Made by a program: the position numbers and the translations under genes. Under the pieces are notes generated by a model. The model was given only the letters and a program-made list of their open reading frames with translations. It was not told the origin of the DNA and made no database searches. Shown here in pieces: positions 8,574 through 17,537 of a stretch of DNA of 38,010 nucleotides (its first letter is position 1; each line of letters begins with the position of its first letter). The stretch is taken from assembly GCA_028718635.1 (NCBI GenBank), contig JAQULK010000002.1, positions 1 through 38,010 on the forward strand, written 5' to 3'. The stretch is from Minisyncoccota bacterium (lineage in GTDB: Bacteria; Patescibacteriota; Minisyncoccia; Phycocordibacterales; UBA9973).

Positions 8574-8646
8574 AGCCATCCCCGAGGATCGAACTCGGGA
8601 CCTCAGTCTTACGAAGACCGCGCTCTACCAACTGAGCTAGGATGGC
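8574..8646 (-). tRNA. tRNA-Thr (anticodon CGU)
   Basis: Manual fold: GCCATCC/GGATGGC acceptor, GCTC-AGTTGGTA-GAGC D arm, CGGTC-TTCGTAA-GACTG anticodon arm, CCGAG-TTCGATC-CTCGG T arm. CCA is not encoded. Confidence 0.9.
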
Positions 8647-8661
8647 CAAAGAACAAGCAAG

Positions 8662-8733
8662 AGCCGTCGAAGGGGATCGAACCCTTGGTCTCGTCATTAC
8701 CAATGACGTGCTTTACCGCTAAGCTACGACGGC
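8662..8733 (-). tRNA. tRNA-Thr (anticodon GGU)
   Basis: Manual fold: GCCGTCG/CGACGGC acceptor, CGTCA-TTGGTAA-TGACG anticodon arm, AAGGG-TTCGATC-CCCTT T arm. Confidence 0.9.
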
Positions 8734-8824
8734 TTTATAAACTACTCTGTTATATTAGTTTATCCCGACACCTTTTACAAGTGAAAGGTGTGGGGATTTA
8801 TTTTGGCCTATTTTGCAAAAAAAA

Positions 8825-9502
8825 TTAATTCAAATATCTTTTTAATAATTCCTCTCTAGATATCTCTGCTTCACTAATATCTCTTCTTTCTGATTCAAAA
8901 TACTGGTTCTTTTGTTGTTCACTAATATATCCTGTGACGACAAAACCAAACTCAGCCATACGTTTAGGATTATTAGTTACAACGTCAGAAATAGCAGTTA
9001 TTTTTTTTATTGTTTCATCTTTTTCAACAATTTTGGCTAATTTTTTTAACCCCTCAATAATTAATTTTAAATAATTTTCTTTTCCAACTTCCCTTAGTAG
9101 TTCTTTTGATGGAGCAAGGTGGATATGAATACTGTTTTCATCAACCCCATAAGACAAAAGATCATTTAACTTTATAAGATTTCCTTCTTTGAGAAAAGCT
9201 TCTGCTTGTATTTTTTCAATTAATCTTGGATTTTTCTTTTTTATTTCTAAAATTGGTTCAAGAACGATAAGTGTTTTATTTATGAATTCATCTCTATTTA
9301 AAATTTCGGAACACTCCCTTAATTCTTGGGTGGTTTTTTCTTTTTCAAGAATACCTTTTTTTATAAAAATACCTACTCCTGCTGACAAAAAAGCATTAAA
9401 TCTTTCTTCCCCACTTTTATAAGCATCAAAAAAATCTCCTATTTCTTTTTTGAATTTCTCTTCCTCTGTTTGTTTTTTAGGCTCTAGTGACGCTTCTTCC
9501 AT
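8825..9502 (-). CDS. Hypothetical soluble protein, 38 nt downstream of the Hyf-like operon
   Basis: 225 aa ORF, Lys/Glu-rich, no motif I recognise. Same strand as the upstream operon. Confidence 0.5.
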   Translation of the reverse strand: MEEASLEPKKQTEEEKFKKEIGDFFDAYKSGEERFNAFLSAGVGIFIKKGILEKEKTTQELRECSEILNRDEFINKTLIVLEPILEIKKKNPRLIEKIQAEAFLKEGNLIKLNDLLSYGVDENSIHIHLAPSKELLREVGKENYLKLIIEGLKKLAKIVEKDETIKKITAISDVVTNNPKRMAEFGFVVTGYISEQQKNQYFESERRDISEAEISREELLKRYLN

Positions 9503-9540
9503 GGAATTTATTATAACAGTTTCTCGCCGAAGTATCTTAA

Positions 9541-11124
9541 TTACAAATCATTCCCAGAATATGATAAGTTAAAACTCTTATTTATCAACGGGAAATCGGG
9601 AACTACATTGTCGTACCCAGCATCTCTAAGTACTGCCCAATTGATCAAAGAAGGGTCTCTTGGAAAAACTCGGCTGATATTTCCTTTCGAATCTGTCCTT
9701 ACAAAATAGACAATATCCCCTCTCCACCCCTCGACAATGCTCACCGCAAAAGCATCTTTTTTGAAAGCGATGTCGGGATTGGAAATATTAATATCTCCTT
9801 TGGGTAATTTACTCAAGGCATTTTGGATAATTTTAATTGATGAATACACTTCTTTGATGCGAACCCGAAACCTCGCGTACACATCTCCTCCGTTTTCAAC
9901 CGCAATTTCATCCAGAATAAGTTCATCATAACCGGCATAAGGATAATCGATGCGCGCATCATTTGCTATACCGAGAGACCTTCTGACAACCCCTACTACT
10001 CCATGATCTTTGGCAATTTCTTGATCTATCGCACCTGTCCTTTCCAGACGATTCAAAAGAGACGCATCGTTGAGAGCTATATCCATAACTTCTGAAAAAT
10101 CTTTTTTTATATTTTCTAAATTCTTAATCAAAACATTTTTTTCTTCTCCACTGATATCTTTAGAAACTCCTCCCAGCATATTCACTCCTCGCAAAAATCT
10201 GCTTCCGGTGATTCGCTCATTTATCTGCATTATCCCCTCTCTTAATCTAGCACCTTGGGCTCCCCCAAAATTAAAACCGGTGTCGAGCATAATGGCCCCC
10301 AAATCTCCAAAATGATTTGCTAATCTTTCTAATTCAGAAAAAATAACTCTAATATAAAGCGCTCGCTTGGGAACTTTTACATTGCTTAATTGTTCTAATG
10401 CCTGACAAAAAACCAAAGAATGGCTGAAAGAACTATCCCCGGAAATTTTCTCCGATAAACGTATCTTTTCTGGAAGAGGCAAAACCTCAAATAATTTTTC
10501 ACTGCCTTTATGGGTGTAACCAAGCCGTGGCTCTAAAAGGACAATGCTTTCTCCGGCAACACTAAAACGAAAATGGCCAGGTTCGATAATCCCCGCATGA
10601 ATCGGCCCGACTGGTATTTCATAGATGCCTTCTCCTTTAACTTTTTGAAAATGATATGTATTATTTTTGGCAATCGGAGGCCTGGTAGAAAAATTGAAAT
10701 CTTTTCTCAATGGAAAAATATTTTTGGGCCAATTCTCGTGAAGAATGATCTGTCTGGCGTTGCGATGACCGACAGGCTTTAGCCCGAAAAAAGTTTGAAT
10801 CCTCCTTTCATAATCCGCTATCTTGTGGGTGCTAGAAGATAAAGACAGAGATGGAAATTCTGCTGTGTTTGTTAATTTAATAAAAGGCATGATAAACAAA
10901 TGGTCCTTGGGCGAACCAAAAATATACCATATTTTAAAACAGCCATTTTCTTGTCTTTCATCTGTCGCGGTTACAAGTTTTAAGGAAAGGCTGTGATTTT
11001 TATAAAAATCAATAATCAATTCTTCTATCTGCGAAGATGGGACTTCAAAAGAAACAGCATTTTCACTGAAACTCAATTCAGCATTTTTTGGAAGATTATA
11101 TTTTTGTATTTTTTCTTTTATCAT
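9541..11124 (-). CDS. Group 4 [NiFe]-hydrogenase-like large subunit (HycE/HyfG type, NuoC-NuoD fusion) lacking all four NiFe cysteines
   Basis: IPVGPIHAGIIEPGHFRF and ERLANHFGDLG are family signatures. The N-terminal CxxC site reads SGDSSFSH (aa 228-235, nt 10420-10443). The C-terminal DPCxxCxxR site reads NLSYSGNDL (nt 9544-9570). Confidence 0.85.
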   Translation of the reverse strand: MIKEKIQKYNLPKNAELSFSENAVSFEVPSSQIEELIIDFYKNHSLSLKLVTATDERQENGCFKIWYIFGSPKDHLFIMPFIKLTNTAEFPSLSLSSSTHKIADYERRIQTFFGLKPVGHRNARQIILHENWPKNIFPLRKDFNFSTRPPIAKNNTYHFQKVKGEGIYEIPVGPIHAGIIEPGHFRFSVAGESIVLLEPRLGYTHKGSEKLFEVLPLPEKIRLSEKISGDSSFSHSLVFCQALEQLSNVKVPKRALYIRVIFSELERLANHFGDLGAIMLDTGFNFGGAQGARLREGIMQINERITGSRFLRGVNMLGGVSKDISGEEKNVLIKNLENIKKDFSEVMDIALNDASLLNRLERTGAIDQEIAKDHGVVGVVRRSLGIANDARIDYPYAGYDELILDEIAVENGGDVYARFRVRIKEVYSSIKIIQNALSKLPKGDINISNPDIAFKKDAFAVSIVEGWRGDIVYFVRTDSKGNISRVFPRDPSLINWAVLRDAGYDNVVPDFPLINKSFNLSYSGNDL

Positions 11125-11125
11125 T

Positions 11126-12562
11126 TTAGTAAAGCAAGACAGCTTTATTTATTAAGGCGAGTAAAAATGGCGGAATATAAAAACTTAAAATAATTATTAT
11201 TACTAAGAAAATAATCGGTGGAACAAGCAACCAAATACTGCTTTCCCCGGCTTCCACATCTACAGGCTTTTCTCCCAAAAACATTGAACTTACATGTTTC
11301 AAAAAACCGATAAAAGTAATAGTCAAAAAGAATAAAACAATAAAACTGACAATCGGGTAAACTTGGATTCCGGCAGAAAGTATATACACTTTTGTAAGAA
11401 AAATGCCAAACGGAGGCGTGCCTGAAATAATTAAAAATCCCAAGATAAAGAGAACGCTGGTAATGGGAAGAATCTTCAACGCGCCTTTGATATTTTGAAT
11501 TTTTGCAGAACTATATTTGAGCAATAAATTTCCGGAAGTAAAGAATAAAATAGCTTTGACGCAAGAGTGATAAATCATATGCAAAATTGCGGCAAAAATA
11601 CCCAAACCTCCAAATCCAAAACCAAGAGCCATGATTCCGGCGTTTTCAATGCTGGAATATGCTAATAATCTTTTATAATTCCTTGAATTAAATATTATCA
11701 AAGCTGAGACAGCGACAGATAAAACACCGAAGGCAATCAGCAAATGCTGGCTAAACAATGGCCCGACAACCGCATCAGTTATTTTTTTGAATTTCAATAT
11801 TATCATGAAGGCAATCGGCAACAATGCTCCTGACAATAATGCTCCGAGAGGAGCAGGGGCTTTACTGTAAGCATCCGGCTTCCAGGTGTGCATTGGGACG
11901 AACCCCACCTTCGTTCCATAACCGATCAAAACAAAGATGAAGGCAATTTTCGCCAGAAGCGGATTGAGATTTGAAGAATTTTCCAACAATAAATTCCAAC
12001 TGATCGCTCCGCCTGTTCCATGGATCTCAGTAAAATATAAAAGAGTTCCGAAAAATCCCAACAATAAACCGACAGAGTTGATAATCAAATATTTCCAAGC
12101 GGCTTCGACGGATGAAGGTTTGTTGTAAAAACTGACGAGAAAAGCGGTGGACAAGGTGGTCGCCTCAATGGAGATCCAAGCGAAAATCGGATTGCTGGCA
12201 CTTATCGAAAGAAACATAGCTGTTAAAAATAAATTCAATAAAATAAAATATTGTTTCACTCTTGTAAATCCTATGATATTTTTGGCAGTTTCTTTTCGAA
12301 GATAGACAATAGAATAAACAACAGTAAAGAAACCGACAAAGCTGACGATGAGAATCATTATGGCTCCCAGGGCATCAATATTAAAAAATGGAAGGAAATT
12401 ATAAGAACCAAAATCTGCTACCTTGATGGCTATTGAAATAGACAATATCAATACAATAAATGACGAAACTACGGAGACACCCTCAATGGCTGCTCTTCTT
12501 TTAAGAAGAATACTTACTAAGGATGAAACTATTAACAATGCAATAATAAAAATTATTTCCAT
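11126..12562 (-). CDS. Antiporter-like membrane subunit (HyfF / NuoM-N / MrpD family)
   Basis: 478 aa polytopic protein. MHTWKPDAYSKAPAPLGALLSGALL matches the proton-pumping subunit signature (HxWLPDAxxxAPxPxSALL). Confidence 0.85.
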   Translation of the reverse strand: MEIIFIIALLIVSSLVSILLKRRAAIEGVSVVSSFIVLILSISIAIKVADFGSYNFLPFFNIDALGAIMILIVSFVGFFTVVYSIVYLRKETAKNIIGFTRVKQYFILLNLFLTAMFLSISASNPIFAWISIEATTLSTAFLVSFYNKPSSVEAAWKYLIINSVGLLLGFFGTLLYFTEIHGTGGAISWNLLLENSSNLNPLLAKIAFIFVLIGYGTKVGFVPMHTWKPDAYSKAPAPLGALLSGALLPIAFMIILKFKKITDAVVGPLFSQHLLIAFGVLSVAVSALIIFNSRNYKRLLAYSSIENAGIMALGFGFGGLGIFAAILHMIYHSCVKAILFFTSGNLLLKYSSAKIQNIKGALKILPITSVLFILGFLIISGTPPFGIFLTKVYILSAGIQVYPIVSFIVLFFLTITFIGFLKHVSSMFLGEKPVDVEAGESSIWLLVPPIIFLVIIIILSFYIPPFLLALINKAVLLY

Positions 12563-12566
12563 AAAT

Positions 12567-13214
12567 TTAATCTTTTAATTTATTCATAACGGTTACATTA
12601 AGCGAACCAAACTGTTCATATATCATATTTGTAAATACTGTTGAAATAATAATCCAAACAAAAATATCAAACAAAATCCCAATTTGAAGCCACGCGGATT
12701 GTTCCAGTCCGGCAAAAACAACGAAAGCAATTAGGCTATTTTCAAATGAAAGCACCCCGATAATCTGCGAAAGCGCTCCCTTACGATTGATAATTAAAAA
12801 CAAGGAAAGAAACATTACTGCAAGCGACAAGGCCAGCAACATATGATTGCCAGGAATTATGTTGGTCAAGGGAAAAAATTTATGGGAATAAGCAATGAAA
12901 GTCAGAGAGGAAATAATTATTAGGGTAAGAGGGGTGTTGATATAAGTGCTGACTGAAAAAGCTAAAGCATTTTTCTTGATCAAACGATTGAAGAACAAAG
13001 GGGCCAATATCACTTTGATCGCCAAAACTAGCAAGACCACCACAAGCAATAATATACTACCTGAATCCAAGTACGAATTAAACAATATAATTCCCAATGC
13101 TAAGGATTGAAACATATATGCCCAAACTACCTCAGAGCTCTTTTTAGAAATATGCAGAAAAACTAAAATCAGAAACATTATCTCTAATATGAATTGTAAA
13201 AATAAAATACTCAT
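12567..13214 (-). CDS. HyfE-like small membrane subunit (NuoK-related)
   Basis: 215 aa, about 7 TM helices, in the position between the HyfC-like and HyfF-like genes as in hyf operons. Confidence 0.65.
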   Translation of the reverse strand: MSILFLQFILEIMFLILVFLHISKKSSEVVWAYMFQSLALGIILFNSYLDSGSILLLVVVLLVLAIKVILAPLFFNRLIKKNALAFSVSTYINTPLTLIIISSLTFIAYSHKFFPLTNIIPGNHMLLALSLAVMFLSLFLIINRKGALSQIIGVLSFENSLIAFVVFAGLEQSAWLQIGILFDIFVWIIISTVFTNMIYEQFGSLNVTVMNKLKD

Positions 13215-13216
13215 AA

Positions 13217-14143
13217 TTAATTGATGAGCCCAATGGCCACTACGCTAATAATAAAAGATATGATCAAAAGATCCGGCAAGCGAAAATATCTGAATTTAGA
13301 CATTTTTGATTCGAGCACCCCGACTACCAAACAGAAAATCACTATTTTAAATAATAAAACCAGTATCCCCGCAACAATTGCCATCAAGCTCATACTATGT
13401 GCTATCCCATAAGGAAAAAACATATTGGCGCCCAGGCTTACAAAAATAATAAATTTGTTAGCTCCTGCCCATTCCATCAAAGCTAATTTCTTGCCTGAAT
13501 ATTCTAAGATCATAGCTTCGTGAATCATGGTCAATTCTAGATGCGTATCCGGATTGTCAAAAGGAAAACGGCCGTTCTCTGCCAATAAAATAATAAAAAA
13601 TCCAATAAAAGCCAAGATGACAGATATAATGGGTTTGTTATATACAAAAAGACCGGCACTTGATATTTTAAATAAGTTTGTCGTGCCACTTATTATGGCA
13701 ACAGTTAAAAGTGAAAAAATTAATCCACCTTCCGCCATCGCAGAAATGGTCATTTCACGGCTTGAACCAAAACCGCCAAACGGACCGCCTGTATCCATCC
13801 CAGCCAGTGCCAAAAAGAATGTCCCAATAGAAAGCAGATAAACTGTAACCAGAATATCGCCGGTATAAAAATTCATAAATAAAGAGCTAAACAGAGGGAT
13901 GCTTGCGCCCACGATAATAGTTATAGAAAAAATAATATAAGGAGAAAATTTAAAAATCCAAGAAGCCTCGGAGCTTATGACTTCATCTTTGTGCAATAAT
14001 TTCCACAAATCTTTATAAGGTTGCCATACGCTGGCTCCCCGACGATTTTGCAATTTTGCCTTGATCTTTTTTATAAAACCAATAAAAAAAGGCGAGACCA
14101 GAGGAACAAAAATAAGTTGTAAAATTAAAATAATAATCTGCAT
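13217..14143 (-). CDS. HycD/HyfC/NuoH-like membrane subunit
   Basis: 308 aa. LAENGRFPFDNPDTHLELTMIHEAMILEYSGKKLAL matches the AExxRxPFDxxExExEL...EYSG NuoH/HycD signature. Confidence 0.85.
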   Translation of the reverse strand: MQIIILILQLIFVPLVSPFFIGFIKKIKAKLQNRRGASVWQPYKDLWKLLHKDEVISSEASWIFKFSPYIIFSITIIVGASIPLFSSLFMNFYTGDILVTVYLLSIGTFFLALAGMDTGGPFGGFGSSREMTISAMAEGGLIFSLLTVAIISGTTNLFKISSAGLFVYNKPIISVILAFIGFFIILLAENGRFPFDNPDTHLELTMIHEAMILEYSGKKLALMEWAGANKFIIFVSLGANMFFPYGIAHSMSLMAIVAGILVLLFKIVIFCLVVGVLESKMSKFRYFRLPDLLIISFIISVVAIGLIN

Positions 14144-14147
14144 AATT

Positions 14148-16199
14148 TTATAATATTAAGAATAGTGAAATTATAAGAGCGATAAAAATATAAGAAATAT
14201 AAATATTAATATTTCCGGTTTGAATGTTTTTTATGCGCAAAGACAAGCCATTAATTATTTTATTTATGGGCTGATAAAAATAATAATTGTAAACATTCTC
14301 TACGCCCAAGGTAACGGCTCGAGACTTCGGCAAATATCTGCTTTCGGCGTCATGATATTCGACATCGTGCTGGATGCTAGGCTTGAGAATACCCCTGAAA
14401 ATAAGAATAATTGATCTGGTAAATCCGGTCGCCGTTATTTCCATTCGAGGAGAAAGTGCGGTACCGCAATCCCATGTTTTGCTAATTGTAATTTTTTGAT
14501 TTTTATTGACATTGTATTTGATAATCCAAATTACCAATAAAATTGTAAGAATAATTCCTATGAAAATCGCAAAAGGAGCGACGGATGAAAAACCATTATT
14601 TATATTAAATACTTGATGGGAAGAAATAAAAACAGAAGAAGAGGAATTGTTAAAAATAGAAAATCCTCTCCCTACTTTTTCAAGCAAGATAGTTATGTAA
14701 CCTGATAGCAACCCAAATAAAATTGACAACAGAGCAAGTGCTCCCATCCCTATGCGCATAAATGTATCAGATTCTTTTGCCTGTGTAACCTCTTCGCTCC
14801 TGGGACGAGCGAGGAATATAGCGCCGAAGGCTTTGACAAAACAAGCAAGAGCAAGCCCCCCAGTGAAAGCGAGAGACCCTGCCGCGAGCATAAACACCAT
14901 CTGAGAATAAGATTGCAATTGAGCTATCCCTTGAAAAAGAGATTGGAATGTCAGCCATTCGCTAAAAAAACCATTAAACGGAGGAAGAGCAGAAATTGCC
15001 ATTGAGCCAATCAAGAAAAACATCGCTGTTTGGGGCATGTATTTTATAAGACCGCCATACTCTTCCATATTCTTAGTATGAACTTCATTTATAACGGACC
15101 CGGCGCTCAAAAAAAGCAACGACTTGAAAACAGCGTGGTTGAGAGTGTGGAAAAGCGAAGCGATTAAACTAAGCAGGGCTAGGGGTACCATATTGAGTGA
15201 AAAAAATACCATCGCGCTACCGAGTCCAAGTAAAATTATCCCAATGTTTTCAATACTGTGATAGGCTAAAAGTTTTTTAATATCATGCTCCGTAAGCGCA
15301 TACAAAACTCCAAGCAAAGCAGAAACGGACCCGATAATAATAATGACCATCCCCCACCAAACTGGAATCGGTTGCAAGATATCCAAAGCCATGCGAAGAA
15401 GCATATAGATGCCTGTCTTTATCATCACTCCAGACATAAGAGCAGATACGTGTGAAGGAGCAGCAGGATGAGCTGCGGGAAGCCAAATGTGAAATGGAAT
15501 GATACCAGTTTTCGTACCAAATCCAATAATCCCGAATATGAAAATAATATTTTTTACAGAAGATGGAATCAAAGCCATATTGGATTTAATTACAGAAAAA
15601 TCAAAAGAATTCGTGTATTTATAAATCAGTAAAAATGAAAATACTATAAACGAGGTGCCGATATAAGTCATAACTAAATACAAGAAACCAGCTTTAATAT
15701 TTTTTCTTTCATCACTGTCATAAACAACTAAAAAGTACGACGAAACCGACATAATCTCCCAAGCAATCAAAAAGAAAATTCCATTCGAAGCGGTCACAAC
15801 CAAAATCATGCTCCCGATAAGCAAATTATAGAAAAAACCTAATACTCCAATATTGTATTTTTTATAAAAATGTTTGATATACCCTATTCCAAAAACAGAA
15901 CAAAAAAGAGCGATTAAGGAGATGGCAAAAATAAAGAAAGCGGAGAGCATATCAATGTTGAAAGAGAAAGATAAAAGAGAAAATGAAGAAGAACCGAAAT
16001 TAAAAGCAAGATTGTGTCCAGTAATTATTACTAAAACTGAAAAAATAATTCCTGATAGTGAACCTAGGATTGCAAAAAAATTATTCCAAATATTCGCCAG
16101 TTTGTCATCTTTCTGCAACAACAAAGAACCGATCGCTCCAACAGCAAAAAAAACTAACAGCGAAGAAAACCCTATTGGTGATGTTATGGTTTCGATCAT
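14148..16199 (-). CDS. HyfB/HycC/NuoL-like antiporter-type membrane subunit
   Basis: 683 aa. FHIWLPAAHPAAPSHVSALMSGVMIKTGIYMLLR and LLAYHSIENIG are family signatures. Confidence 0.85.
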   Translation of the reverse strand: MIETITSPIGFSSLLVFFAVGAIGSLLLQKDDKLANIWNNFFAILGSLSGIIFSVLVIITGHNLAFNFGSSSFSLLSFSFNIDMLSAFFIFAISLIALFCSVFGIGYIKHFYKKYNIGVLGFFYNLLIGSMILVVTASNGIFFLIAWEIMSVSSYFLVVYDSDERKNIKAGFLYLVMTYIGTSFIVFSFLLIYKYTNSFDFSVIKSNMALIPSSVKNIIFIFGIIGFGTKTGIIPFHIWLPAAHPAAPSHVSALMSGVMIKTGIYMLLRMALDILQPIPVWWGMVIIIIGSVSALLGVLYALTEHDIKKLLAYHSIENIGIILLGLGSAMVFFSLNMVPLALLSLIASLFHTLNHAVFKSLLFLSAGSVINEVHTKNMEEYGGLIKYMPQTAMFFLIGSMAISALPPFNGFFSEWLTFQSLFQGIAQLQSYSQMVFMLAAGSLAFTGGLALACFVKAFGAIFLARPRSEEVTQAKESDTFMRIGMGALALLSILFGLLSGYITILLEKVGRGFSIFNNSSSSVFISSHQVFNINNGFSSVAPFAIFIGIILTILLVIWIIKYNVNKNQKITISKTWDCGTALSPRMEITATGFTRSIILIFRGILKPSIQHDVEYHDAESRYLPKSRAVTLGVENVYNYYFYQPINKIINGLSLRIKNIQTGNINIYISYIFIALIISLFLIL

Positions 16200-16204
16200 A
16201 TTGT

Positions 16205-16753
16205 TTATATAGGATTATTTAATTTCGAAGGCCCGTTTAATGTCTCAAGAATTTTAAGAAGGTGCAATAAAATTGTCTTGGGTGACGGTGGATCGCCTGG
16301 AATATGAAAATCCACAGGAATAATTGATTCGACGCTGTCTAAAACTGCATAAGATCCTTTGAATACGCCTCCGTCTTTTGCATCATCACCTACCGTGACT
16401 ACGATTTTTGGGGTAGGAGTTGCTTCATAAGCATCTTTGACTGCGCTCGCCATATTGCGAGTCACCGGACCGGTAACCAGCAACATATCAGCATGCCTCG
16501 GAGAAGCGACAAAATGAATCCCGAAACGCTCGATATCATAGTAGCTATTTGATAAAGCGACTAGTTCCTGCTCGCAAGCGTTGTCGGATCCGGCGTCTAC
16601 TTGCCGGATAGCAAGAGAACCATTAAACATGCGTTTCACGTTGTCATGTATCTTCTTTCCAATATAAGAAATCTCTTCTTGATCTACATCATTATGGGAT
16701 ATTGGAATCACTGTGTTTTTGTTTTTGAATATTTTTAACAGAAGTTTAAACAT
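16205..16753 (-). CDS. HycG/HyfI/NuoB-like small subunit with 3 of the 4 [4Fe-4S] cysteines replaced by Asp
   Basis: VASPRHADMLLVTGPVTRNM is the family core. The ligand sites read VDAGSDNACEQE (D57, C60), VGDDAKDGG (D124) and IPGDPPSP (D154), where the family has GSCxxCE, GxCAxxGG and PGCPP. Confidence 0.85.
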   Translation of the reverse strand: MFKLLLKIFKNKNTVIPISHNDVDQEEISYIGKKIHDNVKRMFNGSLAIRQVDAGSDNACEQELVALSNSYYDIERFGIHFVASPRHADMLLVTGPVTRNMASAVKDAYEATPTPKIVVTVGDDAKDGGVFKGSYAVLDSVESIIPVDFHIPGDPPSPKTILLHLLKILETLNGPSKLNNPI

Positions 16754-16925
16754 AAATTGTGCTTTTTAACAATAAAAACATACGCAATAATTAAATTATT
16801 ACGTATATTTTTATATTATACCCAATATGGATTTTAGTCAAAAAAAATTATTTACCTTCTTTAAATTCTAAAAATTTACCAAACTTAGGCAACATTTAAA
16901 GAGCTACGCTGAAAAGAGTATGTTG

Positions 16926-17342
16926 TTACTTCTTTGCGAGGCTATCAATAAAATTGTGGTATTTTTGATCTTCTTTACCAATATGATTTATCCACCACTC
17001 TCCAAGATATGTCTCTACTTCCATTATTAATGCATCTGCATTTTCTCCACTATTTAATTTATCTAAAAAAGCAACATAATTCTTGATAAAATCCTCATGT
17101 TTTTTTATATGTTCTTGCAAATAAGGATAACTATATTCCTGCATATAATATTCTTCATAAGAAAAATGTTCTTTAATGTATTCGTCAAAAAAACTAACCG
17201 CATCGGATGCCTCTTTGGATTTTGCCCCTATGGCTATCGCATCAATGATTTTGTTAAGTTGTGATAAAAGTTTTTGATGTTGTTCGTCAATATGACCCTC
17301 TCCAACTGACATACTTTTTGTCCATTCAAAATAAATTGCCAT
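16926..17342 (-). CDS. Bacteriohemerythrin-like protein
   Basis: FEWTKSMSVGEGHIDEQHQKLL..., HFSYEE, HIKKHEDF, WWINHIGKEDQKY: the His/Glu/Asp di-iron ligand pattern of hemerythrin. 138 aa. Confidence 0.85.
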   Translation of the reverse strand: MAIYFEWTKSMSVGEGHIDEQHQKLLSQLNKIIDAIAIGAKSKEASDAVSFFDEYIKEHFSYEEYYMQEYSYPYLQEHIKKHEDFIKNYVAFLDKLNSGENADALIMEVETYLGEWWINHIGKEDQKYHNFIDSLAKK

Positions 17343-17537
17343 AAGAAATTTAATAATTAATTTTTAATAAAATAAACATAACTATTTTTATAGTATATCA
17401 TATAGGTTCGTAGTCTATAAAATATTTCAAACTTGAGTCAAAACCTGTGCACGACTTAGTGGGCGATGTTAGAACTGCGTTTAATGTGTTAAATGATATA
17501 CAGATATACGTTCCTGCATATTGGCTTCGATTTATGT

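Noticed and set aside
8768-8800. Hairpin ACACCTTT-tacaagtg-AAAGGTGT followed by GGGGATTTATTTT, as a plus-strand terminator
   Set aside because: No plus-strand gene precedes it. On the minus strand it lies between a CDS stop and the tRNA genes without a U-tract. Support is insufficient to call a function.
8316-8828. 170-aa plus-strand ORF
   Set aside because: It runs antisense through prfB and across two well-folding tRNA-Thr genes, and its composition is low-complexity. It is spurious.
9541-11124. Calling the locus a functional formate hydrogenlyase or energy-converting [NiFe] hydrogenase
   Set aside because: Both CxxC pairs of the large subunit are absent in the sequence, three of four small-subunit cluster ligands are Asp, and no HycF, FdhF or Hyp genes are nearby. 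The annotation is therefore restricted to hydrogenase-like.
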